The position numbers were made by a program, and so were the translations under genes. Source: Nitrososphaera viennensis EN76 (GTDB lineage Archaea; Thermoproteota; Nitrososphaeria; Nitrososphaerales; Nitrososphaeraceae). Taken from it: a stretch of DNA of 32,000 bases. The notes beneath the pieces were generated by a model. The model saw nothing but the letters and a program-made list of their open reading frames with translations, was not told the origin of the DNA and ran no database searches. Below are positions 7,877 through 15,096 of the stretch, in pieces. The stretch lies in contig NZ_CP007536.1 in NCBI RefSeq assembly GCF_000698785.1, positions 1,110,001-1,142,000 of the forward strand, in the 5' to 3' direction. Position 1 is the first letter of the stretch, and each line of letters opens with the position of its first letter.

Positions 7877-9799
7877 ATGACAATACCGGACCCGGCGTCA
7901 ATCGACATGAAGGTAGGATTTGAGATCCACCAGCAGCTGGCGACAAAGAGCAAGCTGTTCTGCAACTGCTCCTGCAAAGAGGCAGAGACCTACGGCCGCA
8001 CGTTTACGCGCAGGCTCAGGCCGACGCAAAGCGAGCTTGGCGCCTACGATCCTGCGGCGATGTTTGAATTTTCCAAGATGCGCTTGGCAGAGTACCACGC
8101 CGCTGCAGGCACTAGCTGCCTCGTAGAGGCAGACGAGGAGCCGCCGCACAAAGTAAACCCCGAGGCGCTAGAGACGGCGCTCGTGTTTGCGCTTGCGCTG
8201 CACTCCCGCGTCATGGACGAGGTCCACGTCATGCGCAAAATAGTGATCGACGGCTCTAACACCAGCGGCTTTCAGCGCACCATGCTTGTCGCTTCCGGCG
8301 GCTACCTTGATGTTGCAGGAAAAAAGGTCGGCGTGCAGAGCATCTGCCTCGAAGAGGACGCGTCCAAGGTGCTTGGCGACGACGGCAACAACAAGCAGGT
8401 CAGAAAGTACGGCCTTGACAGGCTTGGAGTCCCGCTCGTTGAAATCGCGCTAGAACCTGTCACGGGCAAGCCCGATGAAATAATGCAGGTGGCACTCACG
8501 CTTGGAAGGCTCCTTCGCGCAAGCAAGCGAGTCGCGCGCGGGCTTGGCAGCATCAGGCAGGACGTCAACGTCTCGATCCTCGGGGGCGCGGTAGTGGAGG
8601 TAAAGGGCGTCCAGCAGCTGGACCAGCTGATAAAGGTAATAGAGCACGAGGCGACCAGGCAGCACGGGCTTGTTCTCGTCGCTGAAAAGCTCAGGGAAAA
8701 CAAGATTTCAAAAGACGGAATAGGCGACAGGGTTGAAGATGTTACAGACCTTTTGAAAAAGTCGCAGTCAAAGGTGGTGAAAAAGATCTTTGAGGGCACA
8801 AAGCCGGTTTTCCGCGCAATCCGCGTCAGGGGCTTTGCAGGCATGATAGGGTACGAGCCGTACCCCGGCATCAGGCTTGGAAAGGAGCTGGGCGAGCTCG
8901 TGCGCTTTTATGACCTTGGAGGCGTATTCCACTCTGACGAGCTTCCAAACTATGGCATCACAAAGGAGGAGGTCGAGTATGTCAGGTCAAAGCTGGACCT
9001 TGGCAGCAGCGACGCGTTTGTGATCGTAGGCGGCCCGGAAGAAAAGGTGGCCTTTGCCGCCGACGCGATAATCCGCAGGCTGAAAGCCGCGCTTGAAGGC
9101 GTCCCGGCAGAGACGAGGGCGGCAACTCTGGACGGCAGGACGGTGTTCAGCAGGCCACGTCCTGGCGCTGCAAGGATGTACCCAGAGACGGACATACCCA
9201 CGATTCCAGTCACTGGCAAGACGCTTGACGCGCTTGCAGGCAAGGTCCCAAGGCCGTGGGACGAGGTAGTCGATGCAATAGCCAAGAAGCACAACATGAA
9301 CAAAAAGCTGGCAAGCCAAATCTTTGACTCGGATTACCTCGCGATATTTGAGGAAATTGTCGCAAACACAAAGGTGCAGCCGACGTTTGTCGCGTCGAAA
9401 CTGACAGAGGACATCACCAGCCTGCAGAGGCAGGGCCTTGACCCGGCCGCGCTGACTGACCCGATAATAGCAGAGGTGTTTGCAAAACTTGACGCAGGCG
9501 CAATAGCAAAAGAGTCGGTGATACTCATCTTTGAAAAGCTGATGAAAAAGGAGGCAGGCACTGTCGACGACGCGGTAAAGGCGCTTGGCGTTTCATCCAT
9601 AAGCGACGACGAGCTTGCCGCCGCGCTTGACAAGGTCATAAGCGACAACATGGCGCAGGTAAAGGAAAAGGGGATGGGCGCGCTTTCGATGCTCATGGGA
9701 AGGAGCATGGCTGTCCTTCGCGGCAAAGCCGACGGGCAAAAGATAAACGCGATGCTAAAGGAAAAGCTGGACAAGATGGTCGGCAGTAGCAAAAAATGA
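7877..9799 (+). CDS. gatE: Glu-tRNA(Gln) amidotransferase subunit E
   Basis: 'KVGFEIHQQLATKSKLFCNC' and 'GSNTSGFQRTMLVA' are GatE/GatB-type motifs. The longest ORF starts at GTG 7847; ATG 7877 (MTIPDPASIDMKVGFEIHQQL) fits the usual N-terminus better. Confidence 0.95.
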   Translation: MTIPDPASIDMKVGFEIHQQLATKSKLFCNCSCKEAETYGRTFTRRLRPTQSELGAYDPAAMFEFSKMRLAEYHAAAGTSCLVEADEEPPHKVNPEALETALVFALALHSRVMDEVHVMRKIVIDGSNTSGFQRTMLVASGGYLDVAGKKVGVQSICLEEDASKVLGDDGNNKQVRKYGLDRLGVPLVEIALEPVTGKPDEIMQVALTLGRLLRASKRVARGLGSIRQDVNVSILGGAVVEVKGVQQLDQLIKVIEHEATRQHGLVLVAEKLRENKISKDGIGDRVEDVTDLLKKSQSKVVKKIFEGTKPVFRAIRVRGFAGMIGYEPYPGIRLGKELGELVRFYDLGGVFHSDELPNYGITKEEVEYVRSKLDLGSSDAFVIVGGPEEKVAFAADAIIRRLKAALEGVPAETRAATLDGRTVFSRPRPGAARMYPETDIPTIPVTGKTLDALAGKVPRPWDEVVDAIAKKHNMNKKLASQIFDSDYLAIFEEIVANTKVQPTFVASKLTEDITSLQRQGLDPAALTDPIIAEVFAKLDAGAIAKESVILIFEKLMKKEAGTVDDAVKALGVSSISDDELAAALDKVISDNMAQVKEKGMGALSMLMGRSMAVLRGKADGQKINAMLKEKLDKMVGSSKK

Positions 9800-10116
9800 G
9801 CCACAGGCCAAAGCCGGTAAGGGACCACTACACCGAGTCGCTTGCAGTAAATTCCAAGAACCTTGGCAGGCAGCTGTCGGCCGAGTCGGTCCCAAGGGAA
9901 GAGATCCAGAGGATACTTGACTCCATCTCCCGCCTGTACCTTGCCGAGACTGAAAAAATTGTGCGCGAATGCGAAAAGGACATGATGGCCCTTGAAAGGG
10001 TGCCAAACCCGCTAAGGCTTTTCGTGGACTCGATAGCGCAGGTCAAATCTGCTGTTTCACCTGCTGCCTCTGAATTAATGAAGAGGTACGTGTCGGCGTG
10101 GGAAGACTGGATGTAG
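9796..10116 (+). CDS. hypothetical helical protein, translationally coupled to gatE
   Basis: 106-aa ORF whose ATG overlaps the gatE stop (ATGA at 9796-9799). No family recognised. Confidence 0.5.
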   Translation: MSHRPKPVRDHYTESLAVNSKNLGRQLSAESVPREEIQRILDSISRLYLAETEKIVRECEKDMMALERVPNPLRLFVDSIAQVKSAVSPAASELMKRYVSAWEDWM

Positions 10117-10315
10117 CTACTGTATCTAGTGCACTGTTCAATCTTCTGGAGCTCGTTAGCGATATTGAGTATGAAATTTTGCTAAACATCTTGAAGGATG
10201 GACAGTACAAAAACTTTCTTCTTTAACCTACCAGATCCATGATGGCAATCTAGAGGCCAAGAGAAGTGAACAAATGGCTTCAAGCATTGTCAAAAAAGAA
10301 AACGAAGCGGTGGCC

Positions 10316-11261
10316 TCAAGGCCACAGCGTCAATCCGTTTGAGATAGTCGTGCTGCTTCCATCTTTGTACCAGTGTATTTCTCCGCTAGGAACCGTGGCG
10401 TCATTCTGTTTGTACTTGGCGTTCACATTTGTATATGGGTCACCGCCAATTTGAACGCCATATGTTCCTGTGGCATTTGTATAGCAGGTCACCCACGCAT
10501 AGCTCGATGTTGTGCAAGTGTTCCCACCTGTTGTGGATATGGCAGTGTTCGAAGCTAGCGAAGAACCTTGAGCCCATATGTCAAACTGCTGGATTTTCCA
10601 GTTCTGAGTTACAGCGCTTCCGCTCTCCATCCCGAATTGGAAGAACTTGAATGTTGGTGTCGTACTGCACGGTATTGTTATGGAGTGTGACTGGGTGCCC
10701 ATCTTGAACGTCCTGCTTGGATCGTTTAGACCCAGTGCTACCGGGTCATATGTTGCGAGGGGGGGGCCGATACAACAGCTCCGTTATTTTGTAGCCTCTC
10801 GGCATAAAAGTTAAGAATATTTCCACTCCAAAACATGTTCACATATGCGTATCTTACATCAGTGGGAGCTGTTCCGTTGTGGCCTATTATTGAAAGTGAG
10901 CCGGTGGCCGGACACACCCAACATTTGGTCAAGAACCAAACGTTTATGCCCTGTCTGATATTTTGTCATCAGTCTTGAGGTCGGCAGCTGTTTGGTAGAT
11001 CCAGCCTGTGGGATCCGTGGATGACGAGGAAACAAATCCTGCAGCGCTGATAATTGATGCCAGAAAAGAGGATCGACTGGACGCTGCGCTTAGAGTGGTT
11101 GTCTTCATTTGAAACCCGTTTTTCGCGGATGGTGCTCCTGAGATATAGCCTGCATCATAGGGCTGAGCGAAGGCAAGTGGCAGTGCAATGCTGCTTATCA
11201 GCATAGTGCCTACAACTACCCCAACAGTCATCATCATTGCTCTTGATATTGCTATTGTCAT
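10316..11261 (-). pseudogene. secreted protein gene split into three ORFs by two frameshifts
   Basis: The three ORFs are 10944-11261 (signal peptide MTIAISRAMMMTVGVVVGTMLISSIALPLAFA), 10738-10932 and 10316-10702, consecutive in different frames. Each downstream frame is open back across the preceding stop. Adding one nt in 10944-10965 and one G in the G8 run at 10759-10766 gives one ORF of about 315 aa. Confidence 0.6.
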
Positions 11262-11262
11262 T

Positions 11263-11943
11263 TTATTTTATTACCTCCAGTACCACCGAGTTATTTTCAA
11301 TGTATACAGTGTCAGCATTTCCTGCGTCGTCTGTTGCAGTGATTATTATTGGCAAGTCTATTGTTTCTCCAACCATTTCATCCGGAAATGTCTTTGGTAC
11401 AGTTAGTGTCACATGAGCTGTAGAACTTGCACCTGGATTCACCTTTACATGCGCGTTTGCATCATTGGTAGCGACCAAAGTGCCTAAGTCTATGCTGCCA
11501 GGGATCAACTTGCCTGTCAGTGATGCTTGCTGGCGTTCCTCTTCTGCAGTAGTTGCCGCCAATGAAGCTGGATACAGGATATAGCCGTTTGGAGCTGAAA
11601 TCTTCACATCTACATACGATGATGGGTTGCTTCCGGCTATGTGTTTGATGATGATCGGCGTTGACACACTTTCACCCCTAGCAACCTTGACGATGTCTGT
11701 TGGCCTTTCCATGACTACTGCTGCTCTTCCACCCTCTGCCAAGAAACTATCTCTATCAGGCGACTTGTATGACACGGCGAGCGGCTTGTTGTTGGCGTCT
11801 GCTGGCTGCTCAATCAACGCCTCTGCTCGGACTTTAGAGTTGTTTCCAAGGGAGATAATTGCAAAATTAGCAATAGCAGCGACAAATGTCACAGCAATAG
11901 CTGCAACAATTGTTACTGTACTCCTTTTCAGCACACTTTTCAC
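11263..11943 (-). CDS. membrane-anchored/secreted beta-rich protein, unknown function
   Basis: 226-aa ORF with an N-terminal hydrophobic segment (VTIVAAIAVTFVAAIANFAIISL). The remainder is beta-strand-like and Thr/Ser/Val/Ala-rich. Its stop is 1 nt from the next ATG (taa-a-atg). A palindromic TATA-like 'gaaattatataaaatttc' lies just upstream (11951-11968). Confidence 0.65.
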   Translation of the reverse strand: MKSVLKRSTVTIVAAIAVTFVAAIANFAIISLGNNSKVRAEALIEQPADANNKPLAVSYKSPDRDSFLAEGGRAAVVMERPTDIVKVARGESVSTPIIIKHIAGSNPSSYVDVKISAPNGYILYPASLAATTAEEERQQASLTGKLIPGSIDLGTLVATNDANAHVKVNPGASSTAHVTLTVPKTFPDEMVGETIDLPIIITATDDAGNADTVYIENNSVVLEVIK

Positions 11944-12282
11944 CGTCCTTTTTAGGTGACGAAATTATATAAAATTTCTACATAAGGACACTATGGCTAA
12001 AAGTATCTATATCCAGTAATTGCCATCTTCGCAATGTAGCAAGTGACAAGATAATTATGCTTGCTTGTTGAAGAGACAGGACTACAGATGTTTAAAGGTA
12101 GTTGATTATGACTAAGAATCCTTGCTACGGATTAGCGATGGCAAACTAGAGTATCCGCCAAGGCTCACCAACCGAAAATTAACAATCGATTCCAACAACG
12201 GAAGATTCAACGGAACTCCAATATCGAACAACATAGTAGCCAGAAACGTTCTTTAGATTGGCACAAGCCCTAGGCTCTTGCA

Positions 12283-12942
12283 GTGGCGGAAGCAGCAGGA
12301 GGAAGGGGAGGGAGGTTTGCAGACGAAAAGGCCGATTTCAACCCGCGCACGTGGCTGACAAGATACCGCAGGAACTCTGTCGGCTATCTCGTCAAGATGC
12401 TCCTGTTCTACCACGGAATTGGGGTCGGTCTGCTTGTCGCCGGGACGCTAATACTGGAGCAGATCATCCCCGGCTACCAGGAGCCCGACATCCCCCGCTC
12501 GCTCATCGGCGTTCTTGCGGCAGGCCCGCTGGAAGAAACCGTATTTTTCGGCGTGCCGTTCTACGTATTCAACAGCTCGCACGCAGTCATAGTCACGGGC
12601 GCGATGTGGGCGGCCCTCCACATATTCAACACCCCAAACATCGAGCTTGCAAGCCTTGCGTTTGGCAACTGGCTGTTTGTAATCCCGTCGCTTTTCTTCA
12701 GCCTGAGGACGTGGGCGAGCGGCAAGGGCTGGTTCTCCGTGGCAGTCCATTCTGCGTGGAACGGCGTGTTTTTTGCGGCAGGGTGCTGGGGCGGAGACAT
12801 CAACTGCACCACGCTGGAGCCCGACCCGTTCACGAACTTCCTCATGGCAGGGCTTTCTGCCGCGCTACTGGCCGGCACGTACGTGCTGTACAGGTGGCGC
12901 AGAAAAAGAGAAGAAACTGCCGCTGCCGGCCGAATTCAATAA
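12283..12942 (+). CDS. CPBP-family intramembrane glutamic endopeptidase (CAAX protease/Abi-like)
   Basis: Polytopic membrane protein with 'PLEETVFFGVPF' (EExxxR/F-type motif 1), 'AALHIFN' and 'AVHSAWNG' (His motifs). GTG start at 12283, with an ATG alternative at 12397. Confidence 0.7.
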   Translation: MAEAAGGRGGRFADEKADFNPRTWLTRYRRNSVGYLVKMLLFYHGIGVGLLVAGTLILEQIIPGYQEPDIPRSLIGVLAAGPLEETVFFGVPFYVFNSSHAVIVTGAMWAALHIFNTPNIELASLAFGNWLFVIPSLFFSLRTWASGKGWFSVAVHSAWNGVFFAAGCWGGDINCTTLEPDPFTNFLMAGLSAALLAGTYVLYRWRRKREETAAAGRIQ

Positions 12943-12969
12943 ATATGCGGCGGCAAGTGTTAAAACGAA

Positions 12970-13482
12970 ATGAGCCAGCCTGAAACCGTCAGCGTTTCTG
13001 TCACCGTAGGCGACGTCAAGGTGCAGTTCTCCGGCACCGCAGACTCGGTGATGGCCTCCGTGTTTAACTTTCTCTCAAAGCAGGTGCCCTCGATGGACCT
13101 TGCAAAGAGGATTTCACTCAACTACGAAGCGACCGAGTTGATAGGCAGGTACGCGCACCTCGTGAAAATAACGCCAGAGGGGCCCCGCGTGATACCCGAC
13201 TCTTCTGATACAAAACTGTCGGACAAGGACATGGTGGCGCTCCAGCTTGTGTCTGCAAGGATAGCAAAAGACACGGGAAAGGTGCAGGACGACGCCATGC
13301 AGGTGTCGGAAATCCAGTCGGCGACGGCTTTGAACCCCAAGTCCATCAGCTCCAGGATATCAGAGATGGCAAAGGCCGGCTACGTGGCGCGCGACGAAAA
13401 AGAGCCGGGCAAGTACAGGATAACCACCGCAGGGATCCACTGGCTCAACTCGATAGTTGAAAAGAAGGTCAGCCGTTCGTAG
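12970..13482 (+). CDS. small protein with a C-terminal winged-helix (wHTH) DNA-binding domain
   Basis: 170-aa ORF. The C-terminus 'MQVSEIQSATALNPKSISSRISEMAKAGYVARDEKEPGKYRITTAG' has a helix-turn-helix plus wing pattern. The N-terminus is a short beta-rich module (VSVSVTVGDVKVQFSG). Confidence 0.6.
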   Translation: MSQPETVSVSVTVGDVKVQFSGTADSVMASVFNFLSKQVPSMDLAKRISLNYEATELIGRYAHLVKITPEGPRVIPDSSDTKLSDKDMVALQLVSARIAKDTGKVQDDAMQVSEIQSATALNPKSISSRISEMAKAGYVARDEKEPGKYRITTAGIHWLNSIVEKKVSRS

Positions 13483-14038
13483 CAGTAGCAACATCGCCTG
13501 GCGGCCTTTTCTGGATGTAGCGGTAGTTGCGCATGGTGCCGTTTCTTGTCATGATGTTTTCCCGCACCATGTCTGTAAGCGAGTGCGACACTGCAGTCCT
13601 GTCATAATTGTAGCCGCGCCTTGACAGCTCCTCGTGCACGTCGCCAAGCGACTTTTCGCTTGCAAAGTACCCCTCAACCCACAGCGTTTCAAGGAGGCCC
13701 CGGCATGTCATGCCGCCTTTTGCAGCAGCCTTGGCGTCATTAGCGATAGCAGAAGGAGGGCGCATGTCAATAATCGGCCTTGACTTTAGCGCCTCGATTT
13801 CGCGGCGCAGCTCGTCAATCTGGCTCCGGATAGCAGGGTCGACTATCTTGGCCGAATCGAGGCTTGACAGGACAGTCTCGACTACCTGCTTGACCTTGCT
13901 CTCAAGGCACGTGATTTCCACTTCCCACTCGCCGTGTTTCAGCTTTATCTTGACCTCGTCCGGCTGGCGGGTCGCCTCGCTCACAGTCAATCCGTTTGCA
14001 GAGCTATTGATAAACGTGTTGCTGGCCATATTGTTCAT
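13469..14038 (-). CDS. small protein with a C-terminal wHTH domain (architecture similar to 12970-13482)
   Basis: The longest ORF reaches 14113, but the ATGs at 14038 (MNNMASN) or 14029 fit the AT-rich promoter element. The C-terminus 'DRTAVSHSLTDMVRENIMTRNGTMRNYRYIQ' aligns by eye with 'PKSISSRISEMAKAGYVARD..GKYRIT' of the neighbouring protein. Confidence 0.6.
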   Translation of the reverse strand: MNNMASNTFINSSANGLTVSEATRQPDEVKIKLKHGEWEVEITCLESKVKQVVETVLSSLDSAKIVDPAIRSQIDELRREIEALKSRPIIDMRPPSAIANDAKAAAKGGMTCRGLLETLWVEGYFASEKSLGDVHEELSRRGYNYDRTAVSHSLTDMVRENIMTRNGTMRNYRYIQKRPPGDVATATNG

Positions 14039-14045
14039 GTTGCGC

Positions 14046-14060
14046 AATATTAATATAATT
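14046..14060. promoter_or_regulatory. AT-rich near-palindromic TATA-like element in a short divergent intergenic region
   Basis: 'aatattaatataatt' lies between the minus-strand start (14029/14038) and the nurA ATG (14086). The spacing is compatible with archaeal TATA position (about -26) and near-leaderless transcripts in both directions. Confidence 0.35.
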
Positions 14061-14085
14061 GTGCCCGCATTTATTGTTGACCAAC

Positions 14086-15096
14086 ATGGCCACGCAATTA
14101 AATCCGCCTGCAAGCATCAGCCTCGGCGACTTTGGAATCATGGAATCGGTGAGCAAGTGCCTCACGCCCAAACTTGACGAATTGAGAGGGAAAAAGATCC
14201 TCTTTAGTTCCGACGACAAGACCCTCGTGCCCGCTGAAGGGTGGGGCGCAAGGCCTTCCAGCTATTGCGCAACAACAATAACCACGTTCCGGCCCATCCG
14301 CGAGAGCACGATGGTTGCCGCCATCGATTCAAGCAGCATCAAGCTGGCCGAGACGGAGGAGGGCGCGCTGTACGCGATAAAGTGCGGCGTCGCGATGGCC
14401 TACGGCGGGGCGGCGCTGATGCACTTCAAGCTGGGCCCGATGCTGTTCTACCTGAGCGAGAGCACGGTGTTTGACTCCGAGCTTGACGACAGGCTGGCAA
14501 GGCTGGTGCTTGCCGACAGCGACGTCGCCCGGCGCCTAGTGCGGGTCAGGGCCGAGCGTGCAATACAGCACGAGCTGTCGTCCCATCTGCGCAACTCTAT
14601 AATCCTGGTGGACGGGTCGCTTCGCACGTCGGTGTTTGAGGACCGGAACCGCAGCATGGCAAAGATCGCGGAAAATTGCGTGCTCCACAAGAACCTCATC
14701 GTAGGCATCAGCAAGAACACGAAACTAAAGATACTTGAAAGGGCTGGAGCGCCCCTTGCCAAGGTGCCCGGGCCGGCGTACATCGAAGTAGACGTCATCA
14801 TAAAGAGCCTGGTACGGGGCTCCATCGGCAGCAACCTGATGGCAAAACTCGACAAGAGCACGCCTGTTTTGAGGGTTGACGTGGTGGGCGACAGGGACCA
14901 GGCGCTCGGCAGGCTTTTAGGCAACGATCCTGTTGCGTGCGGCTACCCCGAGACTCTCCGGCTTGCACACCACATCTCTACCTTTACAAACACGGAGGTG
15001 ACGTGCCTGCGCAGCCACGTGCTCAACAGCTATGACGTGACCGAGCTTGCCGCCGACGACATCAGGCACACGCTCCTGGGGTCGATAATGGTATGA
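14086..15096 (+). CDS. nurA: NurA-family 5'-3' nuclease
   Basis: 'VAAIDSSS', 'IILVDGSLR' and 'ACGYPETLRLAHHIS' are typical NurA-domain motifs. The ATG at 14086 is preferred over the TTG at 14059. The stop overlaps the herA start (ATGA). Confidence 0.8.
   Translation: MATQLNPPASISLGDFGIMESVSKCLTPKLDELRGKKILFSSDDKTLVPAEGWGARPSSYCATTITTFRPIRESTMVAAIDSSSIKLAETEEGALYAIKCGVAMAYGGAALMHFKLGPMLFYLSESTVFDSELDDRLARLVLADSDVARRLVRVRAERAIQHELSSHLRNSIILVDGSLRTSVFEDRNRSMAKIAENCVLHKNLIVGISKNTKLKILERAGAPLAKVPGPAYIEVDVIIKSLVRGSIGSNLMAKLDKSTPVLRVDVVGDRDQALGRLLGNDPVACGYPETLRLAHHISTFTNTEVTCLRSHVLNSYDVTELAADDIRHTLLGSIMV

Noticed and set aside
10098-10226. 42-codon GTG ORF whose C-terminus (..LELVSDIEYEILLNILKDGQYKNFLL) looks like a fragment of a wHTH regulator
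   Set aside because: It overlaps the end of ORF 9796-10116, has no ATG, and is only a fragment-sized similarity. At best it is a gene remnant at the islet border.
12258-12983. 241-aa plus-strand ORF in an alternate frame over the CPBP protease gene
   Set aside because: The translation is Arg/Gly/Pro/Ala/His-rich with no motifs, whereas the 12283-12942 frame encodes a coherent polytopic membrane protein with CPBP motifs.
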